Shown piece after piece: positions 1 through 11,925 of a stretch of 64,000 nucleotides of DNA. The notes under the pieces are model-generated. The model saw only the letters and a program-made list of their open reading frames with translations. It did no database searches and had not been told where the DNA came from. Source of the DNA: Klebsormidium nitens (taxonomy: Eukaryota; Plantae; Klebsormidiophyceae). Location of the stretch: NCBI GenBank assembly GCA_000708835.1, contig DF237076.1, forward strand, positions 118,898-182,897, in the 5' to 3' direction. The position numbers were made by a program, and so were the translations under genes. How positions within the stretch are numbered: position 1 is the first letter of the stretch; the number at the start of each line of letters is the position of its first letter.

Positions 1-3000
1 GTTACCCCGTCCCAAGCAGACTAACCCGAGCGCTAACCCCGCGGACAGGGCGTAACCCTCGCGGTCGACAGCTGCGTCAATTCCAGGCTTGCGCCCAATT
101 TCTGCAGAAGGAGGTGTGTCTGTCAGCCTGGAGGGCTTCGGAGGCAAAGGGTGCCTAGGAAGCTACTCTCAAGCGGAATCTAACCACAACGGTGGAAGGC
201 TAGAAGCTCAGACTCTGCATACTGCCAAAAAGATGACCTTTTGAACAATCTTGAGGCCTTTGCATATCCGCCCTTCGCAGGCACTTACGAGCACCATATC
301 CTCTCAGAAGGACCCGCCAAACCTGCTACGGGAATGGACTGCGTGATAGTCCGTTCGCCTCCGCACCGCCACACCCAGATTGGCGGTCACTGCCTCTCCG
401 TTTCTTCTCCGGATAACCTCTCGCTACTGCCCCCATTCACGCTAACAGTGAGCGGAATTTTTCCCCCTCAAAATGCAGCACTGACCTGCTAATAGGATCT
501 CCGTCGTTAGCCGGTGCGCCGACCCCTGGTACAGCAACCCAACCGCCATGAGCGCCGCCGACTGCACGAGGGGGGGTAGTTCCAGCTCCGGAAACGAGGG
601 GGGGTGCCGCGCGGGGATGTGCAGGTACAGCATTTTGGAGATGACCGGATTGAGCGTGCCGCGGTGCGCTGCCGCCATTCCGAGGAGCACGCCAACGGTG
701 GTGACGTCATGCTCTTGCGCGAGGTAGCGGTAGATGTCGGTGGCGGCGAGGATGCGCAGGTGGCCCGCCAGGCCGAGCGCGAGGAGCACGCCGGCGTGGG
801 AGGGGGTCGGGGTCTCGGGGGTGTTGTACGAGATCCACGTGCGCGTGATCTTGGCCTGCTAGGCGGAACGATATAGATGAGTATACTCGGCTACCATTAG
901 CGATCTCATCAAAAAGTCATACCCCTAAGGGAACAAAGAGCGAAGAGCCACTTTTCATTCTCGTTGGCAAAGGTCAGTGTTTCGCTGGGAGAAAATATAT
1001 CTGTCAAGGAGGGGGGAGTGAGAGTCACTTAGAGAGAGCAGCATGAAGCAAGGGTCGGGGTTTCGGGGGTATTGTACGAGATCCACGTGCGCGATCTTTG
1101 GCCTGCTAGGCGAACATATTAGTGAGTGTACTCGGCTACCGTTAGCAATCTCATTAAAGCTTGATTCAAGTGAAAACGGAGGACGCTTCACGGATGGCGT
1201 TACAATTTTTCTTGCCACCCAGAGTGTGCCGTTCTGCTTCCTATCGAACCGAGCCAGAAAATGACAGCCCAACGTGTGAAAACCCCCCACCTGCCCAGGT
1301 GCAAGGCGCAGCCCCGCGGCGACTCCGTTGTGGAACTCGGGCCATGTGGTTAGATCCGTCAGGCTCTGCCCCGCGCTGACATCAAGGTTCACCGTCGCGT
1401 TCTGCTGAGTTGGCAGCCGCCCCGCCAGCACCAGCTTTGGCACGGGCAGCGCCTCGGTGAGAATGGGCCCCGCGGATGCCAGTGTGAACGCGCCCCTGCC
1501 AGCTGGGAGTGCCGTGGTGCGTTGCGCAAGCTGCCAAGAGACAAGCCACGGCGTTAAAGCAATTTCGCTGGCAAGATGGAAGCAGTAATTTTTTGGGATG
1601 CTTGATCACGGATTCAACCTGCTGCAAAACGCGAAAGCGACAGGACTGTATGCCGAGCTCACCGATCCTGAGTCAACATTAACAGAGATTCAGTAGGTTT
1701 TGTGACACCAATATAAGGTTCGCGGAAACCCCTTGATCTAGAACCCACCCAACACTTTCACATACCGCATCAGCTCTCAAAGCTTGAGTCAGGCTTCGTC
1801 AAGATGAGGCAAGATAGGTCGCTTTCAAGTCTTGCTTCAGGCTTCATCGAATTTAGGCAAGATAGGTTGAGCAAACGAAGCCAGGCCCCAGACTGACCTG
1901 CCAAAGCAGAGTCTGCTGGTGAGCCACCAGATCCGGGTCAGCTAACTCAGGACCCCCGGTTACCCTAACCGCGACCGGTTGGGCGGACCCTAGCAGCCGC
2001 CGGACCTCGTCGAGACGCAGGTCGGCACGGAAGCGCGCACGCGCCCGCGCGCCTGCGGCGGGCTCCATCCCGTCCCCGGGGGGATCTCCCGAGCCCTCGA
2101 AAGCTTCGTCCGATTCGAGTGGCTCGATAGGGCGCAAGTGGTGTGCGTATGGGGGGGTCAAAAGAGGCGTGTCGGAGGAGGGGGTGCCAAGGCGGGCGGT
2201 CGCAAGGTCTTCCCGGCCAATGAGGTCGAAGGCGGGGGCGGGCCAGTCGGGCGGGGGGGCTTCTCGGCAAGCGTATAGGGCCTGAACAAGGAGGCGTAAA
2301 ATGTGAGCATGTTCAAAAGGTGGGCAGAGATGGCCTCATGACGAATAAATTTGCAGATACGAAGTTTGTAAGTAGAAAACCATGCAGCACAGGGCAGGAA
2401 GCAAGCAGCATTCAAAAGAGATGCCAATGTTGGAGAGCGCTCAGCTTCGCCACGAAAGCTAGCAAAGAGATGGGGGCCTTCAAATATACGATTGACTTGG
2501 GCATGCCTTTGCGGGTTTCTTGTATCCAGCTTATGTGGAGGCGAAACAGTCGAGTCAGCATGCGGCGACGGGAAAACAGATCGCCGGGTTTGAGAATCAC
2601 CACACAGGTAAGGGTGACAAGATAACTCTTGGCGATTGGCAAGCAGGAATCTGGCTGTTACGGTAGCTCTCTGACGTCACTTCTGACGCACTTGTGTACG
2701 CCAAAATTCAAGACAACTTACGTGTCGGATGGGCAGTGCCACTCCGGACGGCAGTGTGTCCAAATCGGACAGCGCTATGCCCTCGGCGACCATCACGAGG
2801 ACGACCGAGTGCGCGGCGCTCCTGGCTGTGCCACGTGTCACCTTCACGGGGATCTGGAACGCGGGGCTCTGACCGGCGCCGTGCACGTTCCGGAGGCTCT
2901 TTTCGGACACTAGGATGTCGTACAGTGCGAGGATCTGACGGGAGCGGCTGAGGGGGGAGGCGGCGGAGGACCTTAAAAGGTCGGGGAGCACTGTGCCAAA

Positions 3001-6000
3001 AGGCCTGTAGTGGAAAAGGGTGGTCAGAGGAACACATCAAGGTAAGGTAGACCAGGATCCCTGCACTTTGGTCAAGTGATTGCATTGCTGTGGGAAGGAA
3101 AAAGGGAATGGAATGACAAGCAGAGAGAAAATCACGAACGATGTAACATGAGACCAAGATCATAACCGGTTGGTGCTAATGTTATACTAGTTCTTGCTTG
3201 TCAGTGCTGATATCTTGCAGCTGAAAAGCGCCAAGTCGATTGTCGAAGCTCCAGTTGGCAACCGGCCATGGATAAGCCTAAGTAAGAACGGACGCCTCCG
3301 TCAGCAGCTCGAACAGACTGCCAGATAAGCAGATTCTCGAACGAGTCCGGACATCGGCCATCTTACAGACCTTGCTCTGCACACCCTCAGCTTCAGGCCA
3401 CATTGTCGTAGTGCAAAAAGAATCTCAATCGCTGACCCGCTCTTTGCGGCTAAGTCTCCAAAGTAAGTTACACTCACCCCGCCTGCCCCGACCCCGAGGC
3501 TTCTCCCACAGTGTGAACACAATCCTCACTGCCACGTGGCTGCGCCAGCATGTCCCGCAACAGGCCGTGCAGATCCAGGGGCAAAAACGTGGAGTCCAGA
3601 ACAGACGTAGGCGACGCCGGTTCCGGGCTGGGTAGAGAACTCCACTCGCGGGAGTAGTAGTCTTGGTAGTCGACGAGGGAGAGGCTGCCGGCGAGAGAGT
3701 GCAAGAGGGAAGCGAGCGGGAACAGGCTCCTGCAGAAGAATTATAGGATGTCAAGTTGCATGGTAGAGTCGCAGAGCGGTGTGACTTTGGGACCTAGGCT
3801 CCGGACGCTTGGGCACGGACGACGTGGCGCGATTTGGAGCGTTGGCGCCGTTAAGCCAAGCATAGATTGCGAAGGCCCCCAAAAAATGCCACGTCATCAC
3901 TTCCGACCAGGTCTCCGATCTTGATCCTAAACCACTGATTTCTCCTTGACCCCGCTCATACAGGTCTTGATAAAAGGAGGGACGAGGTGGATTGCTGACC
4001 AATTCACGGGACTCCCCTTTGGCAAGACTTTCCAGTGATCGACGGTGGAACTGGCAGTCAATTCTGGACTTTCAATACCAAGCGGAATTCTCAAAAGGGA
4101 GTCTGTGCGAGTGGGCCGGCGGTCAGCTGCTGCAAGTGCTTTCCATCGACTCCTTTCGCCATCACGATGAGACTGAGCCCCGAGAGGAGAAGCAATTTTA
4201 AGCGACTGAGAAAGAAGCCCGCAATCAGTTTATACTGTTCAGGTGCGACGTTGATGATGCCAAATCGGATAGTCGCTCGAGGCAATCTACACCCATCCCG
4301 TGGATTCAGACTCTGGAAAGTCCACTTTGTAGATCCAACAATCTCCTTATTCTTCTTCTGAATGCTTGACCTGAGCCTGGCCCATCAAACATGAGGCAAT
4401 CATTAAACCCTAAAACTCAAACCCCTGAAGCTCTAAATCACAAATCCTGCAGCGACTGACCTCCACTTGAGAGTGTCCAGCTTGAGGTCCTCATAGACTA
4501 GATGAAGAGCCTCGACGGCGCGGCGGACCACTGCCAGGTCAGCGTCCGGGCTACCAACACTGGGGAACGGCTCGGCAGCCAAGGGGGTGGCCGGCGATCT
4601 CGACGTTTCCTGGAGATACAGATCAGTTCTAGTTGAGAACGTCGTTGACGTTCTTGTTATTCAACTGGAGTTCGTGTGTTCTTAAAGCATGGCAAAAGCC
4701 GTCCGCGCTGAAGCCCACTCCCTTTTCCCTGCTCACTTCCCTTCTTGAACAGAATCTCCATAGTCTCCGTCCGATTGGAAGGCAGAGGAAGGGACACTTT
4801 TGAAAGGGTTACTTGAGGAGGAGAAGATAAGAGCAAAGAGGCCAGAGCAGAGCACTGCGGAACCACCTCGTAACAGCCGTCTGTGCTCCAGGTCATTTAA
4901 GGAGAAGAAAAAGAGTTGTTTTGTGAACGAGATGACTCCCTGGGTAGCCTTGCAGCGGCAGGCATGCCCAAAGAGCTCTTAATGTAAGGCGAATTCTCTT
5001 CTTACCTCGCCGTGAATCTGCAGCGGAAGCTCCAACGCCTCGTACGAGCCCCCCTCCAGAGTCGCTCTGTACAAATCGCTCTGCAGCAACAACTCCCAGT
5101 CGCTCTGCGCTTCGTCGTCCGACGATCTCCGGGACAACGTGCTCCCTTCCGACACTCCGCCAGCTTTTCTCCTGCTTTCCGCCCCCTTCTTAACCGACTT
5201 GACACTTTTCGCCTCCTTCTGGCCCGACTTGGCCCCCGGTGTCAACGCAACCACGCCCGTAACCCAGCCTCGAACCAGGCCTGCAAACGCTCCCCATTCC
5301 GCTTCCCCAAGGGATTCCGGGGATGGCTCAGAAGGCCCCCCCAGCAGGCGGCTGACAAAAGCCCACCGCAAGTCCAGTGGGAGAACTAGAGCTAGGGTCG
5401 TGAGGCACGCAGCCACGAGCGGTGATTCCGGAGCCGCTCTGACCGCCGTTCGAAGCACTAACCCGTCCGCAAACACAAGGTTAACCCTGTTCCCAACCGC
5501 GTCCCTCAGGTCCGCAACTTTCGGGGCCGCTGATGTCACAGGTGGCGTCACCACGGTCTCCTTGGCTTTTCTGGCAGGCGCACCTGACCGCCCGCGGCCC
5601 CCCCGAGAGGCCGAAGAACGCACGCTGATTTCGGGTGGCCGGTCGGCGGCGTTTCCGTCTGAGCTGCGGAGTGCGATGGAAGGGGCCGGAAGAGGGGGAG
5701 GGGCGCTGGTCGGGCTCGGGGGGGACAGCTGGCAGACGGCATATGCGCCCATGTGGAGCATAAGCGATCCGTCACGGGTGAGTAGAAGCAGGTCGAGCAC
5801 TCTGCCTTGCGCCTCGGCCAACCTGGAGAGACGAAGGACGGGTTGTGAGCTGCCCATCTGCTCATTCAAGTGCATTCTCAGATCAAAAGTGTGTCGGTCA
5901 ACGACCCCCTTGAACGTTGTGGAGCCAACTGCTGCTCAGGAACCTCATGCATGGAAAAGTTTGAGGCCCCAAACAAAGACTGACGGTTTCTGACGCAGAC

Positions 6001-9000
6001 TATCTTTGTGGGATCCTGTGCGAATCCGAAACGTGTCAATTTATCTTGCTGCCCATACTCTTAGCGAAGAGGTTCGATTGTGATCTTCGACCTTCAGAAG
6101 TACCAAACGGTGAAAGAAAAAAACGTTCGGTCTTGAGATGAAAAGCTACAGCTTTTCCTGAACGGGAGATCGAAGAACATGGCGCTTTCGCTCAGCTCAG
6201 CAATCAAACAAAGCGCTCGCTTTTCCCTTTTTCTGCTCAAGGACAAAAGCAAGGCGAGTTGCGCTACATGACTCACTGCTTCCGCGACCCTTCCACCGCC
6301 TCTGCCGCCACGGCTGGCAGCACGCCCGCAACGGAAACGGACGCCCCTCCATCCCCACCGTCCGATCCAAATGGGCCCTCTTTCTCAGCGTCCGTTTCGG
6401 CCACCCGCAGCAGAACCAGGCTGCTCGTTTCCCGAATCAAAAGACAAAGCAGCCTCGTCCCCTCTTCGTCGTGAGCATACAGGGCTTTGGCGGCCCGCTT
6501 TCCATTTGAGGTCTGGGTCCAAATTCGGGTCAAGCTAGTTACAGGGGGATCTTCGATGGGGATAAGGTAGGCCGGGGTGGTTGAGTCTCGAGACGAGCTT
6601 GGAGGGGGAGTCGAGAGTGGGGAGGAAGTGTGGGGGTGTTGTGAGGGGACTGGGGCGGGGGGGTGGACTTTCCAGATGCTGTGGCGCTGGTTGACTGCAA
6701 AGGAGAAGCGTTTTGAGGTCTCGGTACGACGGTCTAATCTCGATAAAGAACGCATGCTTTTCAACGAAGTATTTCGATCCGACAAGCGCGCAGAAGCCAT
6801 CGATGTACAGAAAAGCGACCATGTTCTGATGAGCGCCTTAACTTTCCGGAATTTTCTCATGCGATATGCCGCGGGCAGCCCACTTCTTAGGAGACAACCA
6901 AATCCTGAAAGACATGGCAACGTAGCAAGTGGAGAGTTTCTGGTAAGGAGACAGTATGACTTTGTGTTCGTCTTCGACGGGGCACATTCCTACTGCCACA
7001 CCATCCCCGTATAACTTTCTTCTATTTTGAAAGGTGCCAGCGTCATTCTTGACAAAATTTGATATGGTCACCCTCCGCTTACCCGCATGGTGCGTGACTA
7101 TGTAAGGCACCGTGCTGCTGCTCCATAAGACCGTTTCGTGGGGGTCGGCGAAGACTGCGTCTGATCCCGTACCAGCCCTGACGTGTACCCCCTGTCAGAA
7201 AAGCAGAAGGTTGTAAATGACAGCCCGAAACATGCGCTCCCTCGACAAGGAGTACACAGAGGGAACGGAACTCAAAAAGAAGAGAGAAGAGAAGAACGTG
7301 CGACTTGAACCCACCCTCGAAGCAAAATAAAAACAAAAAATAAAAATATAAATAAAAAAATCAAAAATTCATCCAAGACTGAACTACCAATCCCGGGTCC
7401 TCGATCCTTGCTTTCCAGACCTCTCTCCAACAAACAAAGTGCCATTTGTTTCTGATAACTCTGGTCAGCTTTTGTTGCAGCGTTCCAGTCTTTTCCTACA
7501 TCGACTCCACTCCTGATTGGTAGTCCCAGGCGGGACCAAAACAGATGAACAGCCAAGCGGCACGAGTTTCTGAGTCAACCACTGACTTGCAAATCTTCCA
7601 GCGGGTGCAGCATCGACAGGAGAGTCGCCGAGCCTCCAGACGCTCCACTGGTCGAAGCGCCCCAACTCGGCCCAACGGATGCACCCCTACTGTATGTGTC
7701 CGGGGCTTGGTCTGAGGATACTTGCACCAGGAGACCATACGGAATTGGCCAGATGGCGGCTGGCTCGAAGTTGAAGGGGATGGTGTACGTGGCCCCTGCA
7801 GTAATCGTGGAAGGTTGGAGTTCGACCTTAACTTCTGTTGCGGGAAGTGTGCAACTGAGCTCTTGGACTCTACCACGACTTGATAATCATTCTACCAAGA
7901 GTCAACTTGACCCAATCCTGGTAGAAAGATGTTTTCGGGAGCCAAGGAGAGATGAAAGATACTTCGATTGGAGAAGCATGAGACTCCGCCGGCAACCAAC
8001 TACAGAAAAGACAGCCGCACAAGCATTTGAAAGGCATGCAAGTATCCAACCAGCCTGGGTCCCCGGTGCGAGGGGCTTTGCTTCACAAATCGCAGAAGAG
8101 ATTGGGTTTTCTCCTGACGTTCAAGCTTGTAGCAATAGGTATTTCTGATCCTGTTGATCCAACCGTCTTACTGATTGGATGAAGAAGCTTATCATACCCC
8201 AAAGCAGCACCTCGACTTACCCAGATACAGTTGAAAACAACTCTACTATTTGTCGCTTACCGGAGGATGAGTAAGTGATGATACAGTCAGCCAGTAGCAG
8301 TGCCAGCACGGGCTCATCATCTCCAGCTAGCAGGCACCAGGCGGCCTGGCAGAGGACCGAAGAGATCAGTCATTATAAGATAATTGAAGGTAAGAATTGG
8401 GTCTAGACAACTATACTGCTTCGAAATGAGCTCGGCGATAAGGAGGACAAAGGCAGCCCCGCAATCCCCTGCTCCGCGCTTGTTTTAATGATTTCACATA
8501 AAGTTGCTTGACAGATCACTAGAGTTTAAGACCATCGCAGCCAGTTGGCAGGGAAAGTGCTTGCTTTGAGGGCCTTGGAAGATTGCTTAAGATCCAGTGA
8601 GCAACCCCCGATGCATGGCGTTATCAAACCCGGTGGTACCGCTTGCATAAGCTGTTGAAATGCAGGTTCCTACATTCGCACGTTGAAGTTGAAATGGGGT
8701 AAAGCCAGCAGCGGAGCACAGTGCGGTCATAACGCAGCTGTAGCCAATTACGTGGCTACAGCAAGTACGGAACATGGAAAAGCTTGTCATTCACAAATTG
8801 GATTCCTTGAGAAAGGGTTAACCACTTTGTGGTGAGGTCCTATGCGTACCTGGCGGACGCTGCCAGGTGCAGTAAAGCGCTTCCTGATGTGGCGGCCCGC
8901 ACTCCAGATAACTCTGTGACAGGGTGGCAGCAGGTGTTGGATTGCGATGGGAGGGTGGTGGGCTTCTTCCTAGCATAACTTATGCAAGGGGGTAATAACC

Positions 9001-9542
9001 TATGCAAGCAAAGTCTTAAGATGCTCTTGACGGTGCAGCTGAATTTGAAACAATGCGCCAGCACCGACAAGAAGGAACATGGAACATGGAACTTGCGTTC
9101 TGGTTGCACTTTGAAGAATTGTTCGTTGGGATTGAAATACTCGAAGCGCAGTCTAAGAGCTGTCAGTTAGTGCGGCTTTCCCAGCACTCCTACCGCTGCA
9201 GATAAGCAGAAAACCTCAACTGCGCATGATCAGACGTGCAATCTGAGATGGACAGCTTATAACCACCGATGAATGTGTCTCATTTACTAACTAAATACAC
9301 CACCACCAATGCCACACTCACCGATTGCCTTTGACGTAAACCTCTGATTCGTGGCTTGGCAAAAAGTCACCCCCAATTGCGCTGCGTTTCTTAACCTCTG
9401 AGAGCAAGTAGGAGCTCGGATGTCCACTTCCAGCAGCATCTTGGGGCCGACTGGTGCGCTGGTCGCTGTCACTTGGGCCCAGAACAGCGCTCCCAAAGAG
9501 CTCAAATGCCCCCAATGAGATGAGCTCGCCCCGTTGGGCCAT
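1..9542 (-). CDS. APC1: Anaphase-promoting complex subunit 1 (multi-exon; 3' end lies beyond window start)
   Basis: Spliced minus-strand exons match plant APC1 in order: MAQRGELISLGAFELFG...EVYVKGNR (ATG 9542), VIWSAGRHIRKRF (~8850-8910), AAWCLLAG..LLADCIITYSSSG (~8260-8345), IWPIPYGLLVQ (~7730-7795), LLSMLHPLEDLQ, DPHETVLWSSSTVPYIVTHH (~7075-7190), RIWTQTSNGKRAAKALYAHD, large exon 4979-5875, ALHLVYEDLKLD (~4460-4620), LVDYQDYYSRE, LDTLPSGVALPIRH, DLRLDEVRRLLGSA (1898-2281), TWPEFHNGVAAGLRLAP (1291-1621), TRTWISYNTP..HAGVLLALGLAGHL (486-855), EIGRKPG..REGYALSAGLALGLVCLGRG (1-101). GT-AG boundaries were checked for several introns. Confidence 0.95.
802..1157 (-). repeat. ~110-bp diverged direct repeat (802-912 and ~1051-1157) spanning an APC1 3' splice site
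   Basis: gggtcgggg..gtacgagatccacgtgcgc..ggcctgctaggcg..actcggctacc..gatctcat occurs in both copies; offset 248 bp. Confidence 0.9.
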
Positions 9543-9960
9543 CTCAATGGGAATTCACTGGTCGCCCTCAGTGGAATTCAGCATCCTGGCCAGACATAGA
9601 GGTCGAATTCAGTGGCAGTGGGGTGCAAATACAACGTAGCATACTTGCCTGGGCGCCTTTGTGACGTTGAAGATCAGTTGAGAAGCAGTGGCAAGCACCC
9701 TCGCGAGAGAAGCAGTCAAGAGTCAAGCCCACCTTGCTCAAACCCTAAAATTGTTAGTATGTAAGTACGCCGCAAGCCAAAACTTAGAGCGACACAGAAC
9801 CCTGAGTATCTGCTATTTTGTCGCCAGCAACGAAGTGCCTAGCTTGCGACCACATACAACCCTTAACCATCTTCGGTTGTCGCTGCGTTTTGTTGCAGTT
9901 GGATGCTGCATTGCAGATTGCACAAAACCACCACTGGCACCAGGCCCAAGACGTCTCGCC

Positions 9961-11016
9961 ATGGTGGCGGCTGCCGGCGTTCCAACAAAACTTCTGCGGC
10001 AGGCACGTTGCCAAGCTGGTACGATAGAATCGCCCCACATAATTTTGTCATCAACCACAGGCCCTTACAACTGGGCATTTTTGACACCTGGTGGGAGTTG
10101 CAAAACTCAGCAACAAGCCAGAGCGCACAAAGAGCGTTTTGGTCAGAGACTGCCTTCTTCCTCACTTGTCCTAAGGCTGTCAACAGGTCAGGCGCCAGCT
10201 TTTGGAATTCTTCTGAGAGGGACAACGAATGCGAGGCTTCGAAAGAAAGCGGTCAACGCCTCGTTTCATGGGTTGGGGGGCCAAGGGAGTGGACCTGTGG
10301 ATGCGAAGCAGCTTGTTGACGGGGGGAGAAAGCTGAATTCAGCTCCAGAGCTCTTGTTGAGTTCCAATGATGAAGGGTCTGCCCCAACAACCAAGGCCTG
10401 TGTCGAATGCAAGCGTGTGAAGCTTGCAGTTGACTTCGAGAACCTCCGGGGATTCCCAGGCGTGTTGAGGGATTATTGCCGTGCGTGCTGCGCTGTTATT
10501 CGGTTAAGGCGTGCCGGGGCGGAGCTTTACCATCTGGGGTTGAGCGTTGAAGATGCATGTGTTTCTGCTAAGACTTGCAAAAGATGCGGGCATACAAAGG
10601 AGCTCCGAGATTTTGGGAGGCATGCCAAAAGCAAGGGTGGGGTGAACACGAACTGCCGGGCTTGCTGCGTGTCTCGTACCTTAAGTGCGCAGCGTGCACA
10701 CCCACTCCCCGTAAACACCGACCAGTGCTGCAGAGAATGCAAACAGGTCAAACCTGCGGAGAACTTTTACACTAACTTGTATTCACCAACCGGTCGTTTG
10801 TGTACTTGCAAATCTTGCTTGTCCAAGCGCAAGCTGGAGCGACGTCAGACGAATAAAGCATCTGGTCTGTCCCTAGAAGGGGGGGTGAAGACCTGCTACA
10901 TCTTTCATATTACCAAGCCAGCAAGTGATTTCCAACGGTCATTGCAGAGCCTTGACGGTCTTACAGTATACTGTAAAGTGTGCAGAAAAACATACGATAA
11001 GCAGCTGAAGGTTTGA
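9961..11016 (+). CDS. Intronless Cys-rich protein with four K-x-C-x2-C-x3-K-x4-F...C-[KR]-x-C Zn-ribbon-like repeats (gene A); possible organelle transit peptide
   Basis: ORF 9688-11016 with in-frame ATG at 9961. Repeats: KACVECKRVKLAVDF..CRAC, KTCKRCGHTKELRDF..GGVNTNCRAC, QCCRECKQVKPAENF..GRLCTCKSC, KTCYIFHITKPASDF..DGLTVYCKVC (fourth has a degenerate first CxxC). Clear paralogue at 44408-45481. Confidence 0.8.
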   Translation: MVAAAGVPTKLLRQARCQAGTIESPHIILSSTTGPYNWAFLTPGGSCKTQQQARAHKERFGQRLPSSSLVLRLSTGQAPAFGILLRGTTNARLRKKAVNASFHGLGGQGSGPVDAKQLVDGGRKLNSAPELLLSSNDEGSAPTTKACVECKRVKLAVDFENLRGFPGVLRDYCRACCAVIRLRRAGAELYHLGLSVEDACVSAKTCKRCGHTKELRDFGRHAKSKGGVNTNCRACCVSRTLSAQRAHPLPVNTDQCCRECKQVKPAENFYTNLYSPTGRLCTCKSCLSKRKLERRQTNKASGLSLEGGVKTCYIFHITKPASDFQRSLQSLDGLTVYCKVCRKTYDKQLKV

Positions 11017-11925
11017 TTAAGTAGGTGGCCAGGAGACCCAATTGCCTTCTAAATTAATTCTATGATCGAATCCTTAGGAAACAAGACGTGAGGTCTGCAG
11101 CCTAATTTGACGATGATTGATACATTTGGAGGCACTTATTCGAAAGTTGGACCTCCGATGGGGCGCGCATGTGCAGTGTCTGGACGTCTAGGTAGGATCG
11201 ATCGAGCTGGGCGGATGCTTGAGAGTGCACACAATGGCCGGTGCTCTTACCAGAACCATTGACGCTGTCATTTGGCTTTCGATCCGGGGTCCTATAGTAT
11301 GACCATGTGCGCACGCAATTAAGTGATAAGCTCGATCATTCAAAATGTCGGAATACTATACTGGCATCATGTGTATTATATGTTCTTTAGCTATCTAGAT
11401 TTAGTATATGTGATAGCTCATGAGCGTTGGAGGGGCAGCTACTTGCACCAGGCTAATCAAAGTCGGAACAGATGTTAAGCACAGGGCAAATACTTGAAGT
11501 ACAATGACACAAATTGACAGGCTGAGCTTGACTTGATCTCCCACACGGCCAGTCTGCAGCCGCAAACTCACATATAATAGATGATATTCTTAACGAGATT
11601 GAAGCTACATACATGGTACTACGGCTGTGCAGCCGCTGTTACAACCGCGACCCGTTGGTCGCACCGACATTGTAAAGCACAGATCCAGGCGGCCAGGTGA
11701 TGAAGGAACATATTAACACTTCCGCCGTTGACTGGCTGACATGGTGCTTGAGAACTAGTCGACCTTCATTGCCATACTGATAACACGCCCTGCAAAAACC
11801 ATGCTTGCACGCACACGGTATAACAACTATGACTGCTAGCTTCCGTTTCAAACTTGGACAAGTTCAGTTTGCTACTAAGGCATCCCCGCTGCTCGGCATC
11901 AACTCACGAGTGCTTCTCCCTGATC

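Noticed and set aside
1788-1868. 31-bp direct repeat (tcaggcttc..aggcaagataggt) in an APC1 intron
   Set aside because: Ordinary short intronic duplication with no coding or splice-site content.
5139-5993. 284-aa plus-strand ORF, and similar ORFs such as 604-876, 6577-7014 and 21320-21589
   Set aside because: Antisense shadows of GC-rich APC1 or helicase exons; no independent motifs.
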